The translations under genes and the position numbers were made by a program. The notes under the pieces were generated by a model that had not been told where the DNA came from, did not search any database, and saw only the letters and a program-made list of their open reading frames with translations. DNA of 60,913 bases, counting the filler, from Sphacelaria rigidula (Eukaryota): the NCBI GenBank assembly GCA_964200075.2. It is 8 parts of 8 records of this genome, joined end to end, with 100 filler letters (N's around TTAATTAATTAA, not from the genome) between each part and the next. Parts side by side here need not be neighbours in the genome. Positions count along the whole stretch, not along the records: positions 30,509 to 38,035 come from CAXNAA020014499.1; positions 38,136 to 45,661 come from CAXNAA020014500.1; positions 45,762 to 53,287 come from CAXNAA020014501.1; 5 more parts are not named here. One strand, 5' to 3'. Positions 36,484-49,200 of this stretch are shown here, piece by piece. How positions within the stretch are numbered: position 1 is the first letter of the stretch; each line of letters opens with the position of its first letter.

Positions 36484-38135
36484 TACACCAACGAACTACC
36501 GCTCGAGTCATGCTTCGGTAGGTGCTACATATCTTGGCCCGGATCTTTCTTATTCGGAGGCTCCTAAAGATAAGAGTTACACAAGAGTGTGGGTAAGAAC
36601 ATTACTTTTTTCGAATCCATTCGGGATATCCCTAGCCCGTTGGAACATGGATCGTGGCATGCTCATATATTTCATTATAACTTGTTTTTGGGTGAGGTAA
36701 AGGGCTCCTAAACATTTGAACCTGAGAAAATGTTGCTGTACCCCTACCGTAGCATCACTCGCTCGCTTTTTCGGTTAATTTTCGGAATAGCGCACTGCAG
36801 GCGGATTCTTAATCCCCAACGTCGATCCTTGATAACATATACCCTTAGCGAAGTCACCCATTTTGTTGCGAGGTTTCTCGGTGACCACTGCATGTTTGGA
36901 GAGCTAGGCGGTGCTCTGTGATGAAGCTCAGAGGCGTCGCAAGCTATAATCTGTGCGGGTCTGCTCGTAGACCCTGGATTCCGTGACGCATTGATACTGC
37001 GTTTGCTACTGTCATTAGCTAGGATTGTTCAGCCCCGGCCGCAGGCCGCGTTGCCCCATCTCAAACAGTTACTGCCCTTGCCGTGGTCTACCTTGGGCCA
37101 TCACTACGCTCTGCTCCTATGGCTGCCCTGCGGCTGTACTGAGTAAGAGCTGCTTGTAGATAAAACATGAGGCTATGAAACACGTGAGTTCTTAATCAAC
37201 AGTCTAACATGGATGAACCTACTTGTGATTGCTCTTGATGGATAGCTAAAGGTCTGTGTGAAGTTGCCCACGTGGGAGCTTGGTGGGTTGGCACCATGAT
37301 ATCTCCTGGCACTCATACTGAGAGACCCCGGCCAGTACATTAGCTACTGCCTTCATATGACAATTGGCGTCGATAAACGGACCTTGTTGTGCTTGGTTAG
37401 GGAGTATTTGTATTGCTTGGCGTTGTGTTTTGCTGCTCAAGCTGTAGTGAGTAACTCGCTTATATTTTTCTGCGTTTCTTTTACTTGTATATAGTGAGGT
37501 ACCCCTCGTTTATTCTGATTGTCGTGGGCCTCAGCCCACTCTGGGCTCGGTTGCATTGTACAACGGTAGTGAAGACTGCTGTACGTTGTCCCCGCTTCGC
37601 GTATTAATGATACGAATCTGCCCCTCCGTCGGTACACTGCTTGTAGCTGCTGAGCGATTTGCTGTAGCTACCCTTGGGTCCTGTTCCCGCTTGTTTACAT
37701 CCACGTAAGTGCCATGGTGACGCACTTTGTTGGGACCCGACAACGCGTCGGTCTGGCCGGAACTGCGTTCAACTTCCGCCCTGTGCATGTAGCCAACCGT
37801 TACTCTGCTTTCGAACAGGGTATTGCACGTGCCACTGTGCCTCGTGCAAGCTGTGTGCCCGCTGACCACTACTACATTGATGGTTGATAGTTGGTTTCAA
37901 CGGCTCATGCTGTAGTAGCATATGGTTGATTTGCCTTATGCCGAATTAAAACGCCCCCCCCCGCCCCCCGGCGCGCCCCCCACACAAAATGAGAAATGCA
38001 ACCCCCCCACCCCCTCACCCCACCCCCCCCCCCCCNNNNNNNNNNNNNNNNNNNNNNNNNNNNNNNNNNNNNNNNNNNNTTAATTAATTAANNNNNNNNN
38101 NNNNNNNNNNNNNNNNNNNNNNNNNNNNNNNNNNN

Positions 38136-41100
38136 CGCCGCAGGTCAACGTGAGGCTATCTGATTCGGCGGGAGAGGCGCACTGCTGGTCTCGGTCGTGT
38201 CGGGGATCCGATGTTGGACATCAGGGCACGAGGGCCGAAAGGTGAGCCCTAGCAAGTACTTCTGCTCTGTATTCAACGTACACGCGGTGGGAATTACTGG
38301 CCAAGGGTCCATATTCGGGTCCCTGTCCCGGCCAGATGGGTGCACTGCTGGATGTCATCCGTGTCGGAGATCAGGTCTCGGACGTCAGGGCACGAGGGTC
38401 GAGAGGTGACCCCTGGCCAGTAGATTTGCTTCCTATCGAAGACACACTTTGTAGTGATCACTTGCCACAGGTCAACGTGAGGCTATCTGATTCGGCGGGA
38501 GAGGCGCACCGCTGGTCTCGGTCGTGTCGGGGATCCGATGTTGGACGTCAGGGCACGAGGACCGAAAGGTGGGCCCTGGCGAGTACTTCCGTTCTTTGTT
38601 CAACATACACGCGGTAGGAACAACTGACCACAGGTCGATATTCGGGTCGCTGTCCCGGCCAGATGGGTGCACTACTGCATGTCATTCATGTCGGAGATCA
38701 GGTCTCGGACGTCAGGTCACGAGGGTCGAGTGTTGACCCCTGGCCAGTCGATTGTTTTCCCATCGGAAGCATACTTTGTAGTGATCACTCGCCGCAGGTC
38801 AACGTGAGGCTATCTGGTTCGGCGGGAGAGGCGCACTGCTGGTCTCGGTCGTGTCGGGGATCCGATATTGGACGTCAGGGCACGAGGGCCGAAAGGTGAG
38901 CCCTGGCAAGTACTTCCGCTCTCTGTTTGACATACACGCCGTAGGAACAACTGACCACACGTCGATATTCGGGTCGCTGTCCCAACCAGAGGGGTGCACT
39001 GCTGGATGTCATTCGTGTCGGAAATCAGGTCTCGGACGTGAGGTCACGAGAGTCGAGAGTTGACCCCTGGCCAGTAGATTTGCTCCCTATCGAGAACACA
39101 CTTTGTAGTGATCACTTGCCACAGGTCAACGTGAGGCTCCCTGATCCGGCCAGGAAGATGCACTGCTGGTCTCGGTCGTGTCGGGGATCCGATGTTGGAC
39201 GTCAGAGCAGAGGGACCAAAGGGTGAGACCTGGCAAGTACATCCGCTCTGTAATCAACGTACACGCGTTAGGAACAATTGACCACAAGTCGATATTCGGG
39301 TCCCTGTCCCGAGCAGAGGGATGCACTGCTGGATGTCATCCGTGTCGGAGATCAGGTCTCGGACGTCAGGTCACGAGGGTCGAGAGGTGATCCCTGGCCA
39401 GTAGATTTGCTCCCTATCGAGAGCATACTTTGCAGTGATCACTCGCCGCAGGTCAACGTGAGGCTATCTGATTCGGCGGGAGAGGCGCACTGCTGGTCTC
39501 GGTCGTGTCGGGGATCCGATGTTGGACATCAGGGCACGAGGGCCGAAAGGTGAGCCCTAGCAAGTACTTCTGCTCTGTATTCAACGTACACGCGGTGGGA
39601 ATTACTGGCCAAGGGTCCATATTCGTGTGCCTGTCCCGGCCAGATAGGTGCACTGCTGGATGTCATTTGTCTCGGAGATCAGGTCTCGGACGTCAGGTCA
39701 CGAGGGTCGAGAGGTCAACCCTGGCCAGTAGTATGCTTCCTATCGAAAACACACTTTGTAGTGATCACTTGCCACAGGTCAACGTGAGGCTCCCTGATTC
39801 GGCGGGAGAGGCGCACTGCTGGTCTCGGTCGTGTCGGGAATCCGATGTTGGACGTCAGGGCACGAGGACCGAAAGGAGGGCCCTGGCGAGTACTTCCGTT
39901 CTTTGTTCAACATACACGCGGTAGGAACAACTGACCACAGGTCCATATTCGGGTCGCTGTCGCGGCCAGATGGGTGCACTACTGCATGTCATTCATGTTG
40001 GAGATCAGGTCTCGGACGTCAGGTCACGAGGGTCGAGTGTTGACCCCTGACCAGTAGATTTGCTTCCCATCGGAAGCATTCTCTGTACTGATCACTCGCC
40101 GCAGGTCAATGCGAGGCTATCTGATTCGGCGGGAGAGGCGCACTGCTGGTCTCGGTCGTGTCGGGGATCCAATCGTGGACGTCAGAGCACGAGGGCCGAA
40201 AGGTGAGCCCTGGCAAGTACTTCCGCTCTCTGTTTGACATACACGCGGTAGGAACAACTGACCACACGTCGATATTCGGGTCGCTGTCCCAACCAGAGCG
40301 GTGCACCGCTGGATGTCATTCGTGTCGGAGATCAGGTCTCGGACGTCAGGGCACGAGGGTTGAAAGGTAACCCCTGGCCAGTAGATTTGCTCCCTATCGA
40401 AAACACACTTTGTAGTGATCACTTGCCACATGTCAACGTGAGGCTATCTGATTCGGCGGGAGAGGCGCACTGCTGGTCTCGGTCGTGTCGGGGACCCGAT
40501 CGTGGACGTCGGGGCACGAGGGCCGGGAGGAGACCCCTTGCAAGTACTTTCGTTCTGTATTCAACGTACACGCCGTAGGAACAACTGGCCAAGGGTCAAT
40601 ATCGGGTAGCTGTCCCGGCCAGAGGGGTGCACTGCTGGATGGCATTCGTGTCGGAGATCAGGTCTCGGACGTCAGGTCTCGAGAGTCGAGAGGTAACCCC
40701 TGGCCGGTAGATTTGCTTCCTATCGAATACACACTTTGTGGTGATCACTCGCCACAGGTCAATGTGAGGTTATTTGTTCGGGGGGAGAGGCGCACTGCTG
40801 GTCTCGGTCGTGTCGGGGACCCGATCGCGGACGTCGGGTCACGAGGGCCGAAAGGTGAGACCTGGCAAGTACTTCCGCTCTGTAGTCAACGAACACGCCG
40901 TAGGAACAACTGGCCAAGGTTCAATATTGGGCTCCCTGTTCCGGCCGGAGGGGGGCACTGGTGGATGTCATCCGTCTCGGAGATCAGGTCTCGGACGTCA
41001 GGTCACGAGAGTCGAGCGGTAACCCCTGGCCAGTTGATTTGCTTCCTATCGAAGACACACTTTGTAGTGATCACGTGCCACAGGTCAATGTGAAGCTATT

Positions 41101-44100
41101 TTGATCGGCGGGAAAGGCGCACTGCTGGTCTCGGTCGTGTCGGGGACCCGATGTTGGACGTCAGGGCACCAGGACCGAAAGGTGAGCCCTTGCAAGTACT
41201 TCTGCTCTGTATTCAACGTACACGCGGTAGGTACAACTGGCCAAGGGTCAATTTCGGGCTCTCTGTTCCGGCCAGAGGGGTGCGCTGGTGGATGTCATCC
41301 GTGTCGGAGATCAGGTCTCGGACGTCAGGTCACGAGAGTCGAGAGGTAACCCCTGGCCAGTAGATTTGCTTCCTATCGAAAACACACTTTGTAGTGATCA
41401 CTTGCCATTGGTCAACGTGAGGCCATTTTGTTCGGCGAGAGAGGCGCACTGCTGGTCTCGGTCGTGTCGGGGGTCCGATGTTGGACGTCAGGGCACGAGG
41501 ACCGAAAGGTGAGCCCTGGCAAGTACTTCCGCACTGAAATCAACATACACGCGGTAGGAACAACTGGCCAAGGGTCCATATTCGGGTCCCTGTCCCGAGC
41601 AGAGGGGTGCACTACTGTATTTCATCCGTGTCGGAAATCAGGTCTCGGACGTCAGGTCACGAGGGCCGAGAGGTGACCCTGGCCAGTACATTTGCTTCCC
41701 ATCAAGAGCATACTTTGTGGTGATCACTCGCCGCAGGTCAACGTGAGGCTATCTGATTCGGCGGGAGAGGCGCACTGCTGGTTTCGGTCGTGTCGGAGAC
41801 CCGATGTTGGACAACAGGGCACGAGGGCCGGAAGATGAGCCCTGGCAAGTACTTCCGCTCTGTGTTCAACGTACACGCGGTAGGGACAACCGGCCAAGGG
41901 TCCATATTCGGGTCCCTGTCCCGGCCAGATGGGTGCACTGCTGGATGTCATCCGTGTCGGAGATCAGGTCTCGGACGTCAGGGCACGAGGGTCGAGAGGT
42001 AAACCCTGGCCAGTAGTATGCTTCCTATCGAAAACACACTTTGTAGTGATCACTTGCCACAGGTCAACGTAAGCTATCTGATTCGGCGGGAGAGGCGCAC
42101 TGCTGGTCTCGGTCGTGTCGGGGATCCGATGTTGGACGTCAGGGCAGGGGAACCAGAAGGTTAGCCCTGGCAAGTACTTCCGCTCTCTGTTTAACATACA
42201 CGCGGTAGGAACAACTGACCACAGGTCGATATTCGGGTCGCTGTCCCGGCCAGAGCGGTGCACTGCTGGATGTCATCCGTGTCGGAGATCAGGTCTCGGA
42301 CGTCAGGTCACGAGGGTCGAGAGTTGACCCCTGGCTAGCAGATATGCTTCCTATCGAACGCACACTTTGTAGTGATCACGTGCCACAGGTGAACGTTAGG
42401 CTATCTAATTCGGCGGGAGAGGCGCACTGCTGGTCTCGGTCGTGTCGGGAATCCGATGTTGGACGTCAGGGCAAGAGAACCGGGAGGTTAGCCCTGGCGA
42501 GTAATTTCCCTCTCTATACAACGTACACCCGGTAGAATCAACTGACCACAGGTCGATATTCGGGTCCCTGTCCTGGCGAGAGGGGTGCACTGCTGCATGT
42601 CATTCGTGTCGGAGATCAGGTCTCGGACGTCAGGGCACAAGTGTCGAGAGTTGATCCCTGGCCAGTGAATATGCTTCCTATCGGAAACACACTTTGTAGT
42701 GATCACTTGCCACAGGTCAACGTGCGGATCCCTGATTCGGCTGGAGAGGCGCACTGCTGGTCTCGGTCGTGTCGGGGACCCGATCGTGGATGTCAGGGCA
42801 CGAGGACCGAAAGGTGAGATCTGGCAAGTACTTCCGCTCTGTATTCAACATACACGCGGTAGGAACAACTGGCCAAGGGTCCATATTCGGGTCGCTGTCC
42901 CGGCCAGAGGGGTGCACTGCTGGATGTCATTCGTGTCGGAGATCAGGTCTCGGACGTCAGGGCACGAGAGTCGAGAGTTAATCCCTGGCCGGTAGATTTG
43001 CTTCCTATCGAAGGCACACTTTCTTGTGATCACTTGCCACAGGTCAACGTGAGGCTATCTGATTCGGCGGAAAAAGGTGCACTGCTGATCTCGGTCGTGT
43101 CGGGGATCCAATCGCGGACGTCAGAGCAGAGGGACCAATAGGTGAGCCCTGGCAAGTACTTCCGTTCTGTAATCAACGTACACGCGGTAGAAACAATTGA
43201 CCACAAGTCAATATTCGGGTCGCTGTCCCGACCAGATGGGTGCACTGCTGGATGTCATCCGTGTCGGAGATCAGGTCTCGGACGTCCGTCACGAGGGTCG
43301 AGAGGTGACCCCTGGTCAGTAAATTTGCTTCCTATCAAGAGCATACTTTGTAGTGATCACTCGCCGCAGGTCAACGTGAAGCTATCTGATTCGGCGGGAA
43401 AGGCGCACTGCTGATCTCGGTCGTGTCGAGGGATCCGATGTTGGACATCAGGCACGAGGGCCGAAAGGTGAGCCCTGGCAAGTACTTACGCTCTCTGTTT
43501 GACATACACGCGGTAGGAACAACTGACCACACGTCGATATTTTGGTCGCTGACCTTACCAGAGCGGTGCACTGCTGGATGTCATCCGTCTCGGAGATCAG
43601 GTCTCGGACGTCAGGTCGAGAGGGTCAAGAGTTGACCCCTGGCCAGTAGATTTGCTTCCTATCGAAAACACACTTCGTAGTGATCACTTGCCACAGGTCA
43701 ACGTGAGGCTATGTGATCCAGCAGGAGAGGCGCATCGCTGGTCTCGGTCGTGTCGGGGATCCGATGTTTGACGTCAGGGCAGGAGGGCCGGAAGGTGAGC
43801 CCTGGCAAATACTTCCCCTCTCTATACAACGTACACCCGTTAGAAACAACTGACCACAGATCGATATTCGGGTCGCTGTCCCGGCCAGAGCGGTGGACGC
43901 TGGATGCCATTGGTGTCGGAGATCAGGTCTCGAACGTCAGGTCACGAGGGTCGAGAGTTGACCCCTGGCCAGTTGATCTGCTTCCTATCGAAAACACACT
44001 TTGTAGTGATCACTTGCCACAGGTCAACATGCGGATCCCTGATTCGGCTGGAGAGGCGCACTGCTGGGTAGGTCGTGTCGGGGACCCGATATCGGACGTC

Positions 44101-45661
44101 AGGATAAGGAGGGCCGAAAGGTGAGCCCTGGCAAGTACTTCCGCTGTGTATTCAACGTACACGCGGTAGGAACAACTGGCCAAGAGTCAATATTCGGGTC
44201 GCTGTTCCGGCCATGGGGGTGCACGGCTGGATGTCATCCGTGTCAGAGATCAGGTCTCAACCGTCAGGTCACGAGGGTCGAGAGTTGATCCCTGGCCAGT
44301 AGATTTGCTTTCTATCGAGAGCATTCTTTGTAGTGATCACTTGCCACAGGTCAACGTGAGGCTATCTGATCCGGCCAGAAAGATGCACTGCTGGTCTCGG
44401 TCGTGTCGGGGATCCAATCGTGGACGTCAGAGCAGAGGGACCAATAGGTGAGCCCTGGCAAGTACTTCCGCTCTGTAATCAACGTACACGCGGTAGAAAC
44501 AATTGACCACAAGTCGATGTTCGGGTCGCTGTCCCGACCAGATGGGTGCACTGCTGGATGTCATTCGTGTCGGAGATCAGGTCTCGGACGTCAGGTCACG
44601 AGGGTCGAGAGTTGACCCCTGGCCAGTAAATTGGCTTCCTATCGAGAGCATACTTTGTAGTGATCACTCGCCGCAGGTCATCGTGAGGCTATCTGATTCG
44701 GTTAGAAAGGTGAACTGCTGGTCTCGGTCGTGTCGGGGATCCAGTCGTGGACGTCAGAGCAGAGGGACCAGAAGGTAAGCCCTGGCAAGTACTTCCGCTC
44801 TGTAATCAACGTACACGCGGTAGGAACAACCGACAACACGTCGATATTCGGGTCGCTGTCCCGACCAGAGGGGTGCACTGCTGGATGTCATTCGTGTCGG
44901 AGATCAGGTCTCGGACATCAGGTCACGAGGGTCGAGAGTTGACCCCTGGCCAGTAGATTTGCTTCCTATCGAGAGCATACCTTGCAGTGATCACTCGCCG
45001 CAGGTCAACGTGAGGCTATCTGATTCGGCGGGAGAGGCGCACTGCTGGTCTCGGTCGTGTCGGGGATTCGATGTTGGACATCAGGCACGAGGGCCGGAAG
45101 GTGAGCCCTGGCAAGTACTTCCGCTCTCTGTTTGACATACACGCGGTAGGAACAACTGACCACACGTCGATATTCGGGTTGCTTTCCCAACCAGAGCGGT
45201 GCACTGCTGGATGTCATCCGTCTCGGAGATCAGGTCTCGGACGTCAGGTCACGAGGGTCGAGAGGTGACCCCTGGCCAGTAGATTTGCTCCCTATAGAAA
45301 ACACACTTTGTAGTGATCACTTGTCACAGGTCAACGTGCGGCTCCCTGATTCGGCGGGAGAGGCGCACTGCTGGTCTCGGTCGTGCCGGGGATCCGATCG
45401 CGGACGTCAGGGCACGAGGGCCGAAAGGTGAGCCCTGGCAAGTACTTCCGCTCTGTATTCAACGTACACGCGGTAGGAATAACTGGCCGAGAGTCAATAT
45501 TCGGGTCGCTGTCCCGACCAGAGGGGTGCACCGCTGGATGTCATTCGTGTCGGAGATCAGGTCTCGGACGTCAGGGCACGAGGGTCGAGAGTTGACCCCT
45601 GGCCAGTAGATTTGCTTCCTATCGAAAACACACTTTGTAGTGATCACTTGCCACAGGTCAA
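38136..45661. repeat. 327-bp tandem satellite, about 23 units, each a diverged 163+164 bp dimer
   Basis: caggtcaacgtgaggct recurs every 326-327 bp across the whole contig; gcac(t/c)gctgg at 38179, 38342 and 38506. Confidence 0.98.
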
Positions 45662-46285
45662 NNNNNNNNNNNNNNNNNNNNNNNNNNNNNNNNNNNNNNN
45701 NNNNNTTAATTAATTAANNNNNNNNNNNNNNNNNNNNNNNNNNNNNNNNNNNNNNNNNNNNCAATTTGTCCATGGGAGAGCGATTGATTGTCCATGATGT
45801 TCTCACTGTGGTGCCTCGAGCCCGTGTCCAGCAGAAAATATACGGCGTCAAGCTGATCGTCACTGACGGGCATGAGGAGAGAAGTAGCTTTTCACTATCC
45901 CGGAGACGAGCACATACCAAATCAGGATATAAAAATGGGATATCATGGAATATTGTGACAACGCGTTCTAGAGAAGGCAATGATATCTAATATCCGTGCA
46001 GATTTCACCGGGTTCAAGCATACATGCCGCTGCAATGGTGACCACTCGACATAACAACAGCCCTACGGCGGGCGATAGTGTGGGAGGAACTCTTGGCAAG
46101 AAATAGATCAACCTCGTCACGGGTGCATGGGCCCTTGATTATTCTGGTCGCACCCCAACAGATCACCTAGGGATCCACCCGGACAACCCGAGGCCTCACG
46201 TGCTGAATCACGACATCACGACGATAGTCGAAGCCCCCAATCTTCCGCGACTGATGCGATGAGGACAAGACAGGAATGCTACGCA

Positions 46286-49200
46286 TCAACCCCTGGCCCG
46301 CTTCTCTGCTGTATTCAATACTGGCTTGGGAATCCTGTCACCAACGTTTAGCTTCTCGCACGAAGCGACAACCAGCTCTGCTTGCATCCACTTCACGTCC
46401 GGCACTAACTTTCGCCTCTTACTGTTACTGCCCATTGTACACCCTTCACTGTTTCCCACTGTCTTGTAATCTGCTGTGATTTTTCCTTTGCCGTATTCGC
46501 CGATATTGTAGGCAGAAGCGTTGTTTCGAATGGCGGAGGTGGCCAGCGACCACCAGCGCACCTGAACTTCTACTTCGCCATCGGTCCCCTCGCGCTTGTC
46601 CGTAACCTACCCACCAAAAACGGAGCTTTGTCACCGAGAAAGAAAACAAAATGCCCCTTGTCGAACGAGGGAACATACCCTGCTGGATGGCCATCTCCGT
46701 CGCCCCCGCTACCTAGCACTAAGTTATCGACACCACTTTTTCCCGGATCCTCACCGACAGGCGGCTTCCGCCCCCCCACAGACCCCTCGACTACATCAAC
46801 ATCCCCATCTGCCCCTGCTCTCTCTTCCCGTGACCCTCCAGATGACTGCACGCCATTACGCTTGGACCAATGAAACGGAAGGTTCCACGGTACTGAGCTT
46901 TTCGCGGCCAGAAGTCGGTGGGACGTCACCATGTCGTCCTTGATGGCCTGCTGTTTGTCGAAATCTGCGCGTCGCACGGAAGGGTGGAGGCAGTGCATCT
47001 GAGGTATTCAGGGCTCGGATGCGCTCCTGCGATGGGGTAAATGATATGAGAAATAAGGGTGAGAAACTTGGACCCGCCGTCCGCAGCGAAAACAAAATGA
47101 ATAGAGTACACAGCGATCAGGATGCAGTGTCACCACTTGGGGTGCTTGGGGGTGCAACGCACCGAGGGGGTAGAGGGCAGCTAGCCGACTGTGGACGGCG
47201 TTGTAGCGAGCCAGTATGTTATCTCGCTGTGCGGCATCCACCTCCTTCAGGTCGAATGGAGGTGCGCACTCCAGATCTGGAACACCCATGCGGAAGAGCG
47301 GGTGAGGGGCTCCCTCGTAGATCCCGGCGGCCGTCTTTCCCGTGAAGACTGTAGCATGCATGTGCTTCTTCATGCCGACGGTCACCTGCTCCGTCCCCGC
47401 TGGGCGGATTTCGAATGGACGGGGCTGAGTCACGTCACGAATGGGCAGCACACGGCCACCTCCACCGACAGCTCCTTTGAAGTTGCCGAGGGAGGGAAGA
47501 GTGGTGATGAACACCTTCAGTGCCCTGTATGCCTTGCGAAAAGCTGCCGCCTGCTGCCTTCTCGTGAGCAGGCGAACTCCCTTGCAGTGAATGGAAATCC
47601 TGGAAAAAATTCCAGTGCTTTTGTCGTCGATTCTTGCTATATACATCTTAATTTCTTCTCATCGCCACCTCGCTGTACGCATAAAACATATCCCTGAATA
47701 TGTTAGTACGAAATCAGGCCGGTTTGTTCGACCCATGTTATTATGGCATTTAGCAGCGTAAATACGTGTGCTGTGGATCATCGTGGATTCACGTCCAGTC
47801 CACCTACGGCGCTTCGAAATCGAATATATCTGGACACCGTGTCGGCGTGGAATATCGCTGCCGGAGGCGGTATTTCATCTGCTCTTAGGGTCTTGCCCAC
47901 CGCGTCTGTGGAGGCAACGCATGACTTGTGCGACCCGTGTCAACAACAGCAGAGGTACTCGTGCAGTGGGAGATCTCGTCTGAAAAAAATACGACACCAT
48001 GAACAAAAAATATATACCAAAATATGGCGGGAGTATTGAATGATGGGTGCGGTTTCACGCCTGCAGTATTACAGTAGAAGGCGAACGATTTCGCTTATCC
48101 CTTCCAGTGCGGTGGGGATGGTGTCTCCTTGCCCCCCGTCGTTTTCGCGGATAAATTACAATACAGTTTAACGTGGTCACGGGGAGGAACAGCGGGGTCG
48201 CGGGTAGATGATGTAACCATTACCGGGTCTTCTGATGGATGGGTCCGTTCGTGTACTGGATAAAATCAACGTCTGGGTTGGATTCACTACGGTTCGTATA
48301 AGGAACGACCATTTTTCCCGTGACACGAAGCTACATGATTTCCTCCACTCGTCACTGTTGTCTGCAAGGATAATCCCGACGCACCTCGAAAAGACCTGGT
48401 CTATCATGATGTGGGTATGTCCCACCATCATGAAATTAATCTCCACGCGGCCGATTGTCCCACGGGCCACAAGACATCCGAGGTATCCCAGCACGATGTG
48501 ACTCTTATTTTCTACAACACAGTTGTCGAGTTGCAGATACAGCTCATCGATGTAAGCTGGTGTGTCGCCGGTGCAGTGCAAGTCGAATAATCGGGTAAGC
48601 GACTGCTGCCGAGATAGCCCCCCCCCGAAACCGACCGAAAACGTGCACGGAGGCAATGATCAAACTGCCGTTACAGCTGGTTTCGTGCTGCACGACGCGA
48701 TTGATTTGGGCGTTACAGCTGATTTCGGACTGCTACACGCCTCTCGTGCGGGCTACATTGCTGCAAACGAGCCCAACAGTGGGATCGCAGCCGGTTCGTT
48801 GGATGGTGCTGGTGCACTTTTTGTGGGGGGGCTATCTCGGCATTAGTCAAGCGCGAGGTGGATTGAAGTTCAAATAAGATTACTCCCCGCACAGCGGCGA
48901 GCAACGACGGCGTCAGGGCGCGAATGTCAGTTTTCTCGGGGGTTGTTGGCTACGAGGAATGCCGTAACAACTCATCTCTTACTCTCGGTCGGGATACGAA
49001 AAGGCCTCCCGAGCAGATTGCTCGGATAAGGAAGCAAAATAGCCGAGTGTCTTAGGTCCCCCGCAGTGCGCAACTCATCGCGGGCGGTGTCTGGCTCACG
49101 AATGCCGTGAGTGCGTGCACATCGCGTGGGAGAACAGGGGCTCACCTCCTCCGATTGTGAGGGGAGACAGGAAGAATTCCCCGAACTGCCCTTCCACAAG

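Noticed and set aside
38136-45661. Repeated 60-200 aa ORFs in the satellite as a repeat protein, or the array as CRISPR
   Set aside because: The halves are 163 and 164 bp (not multiples of three), some units are 326 bp and stops recur; there are no unique spacers or cas genes
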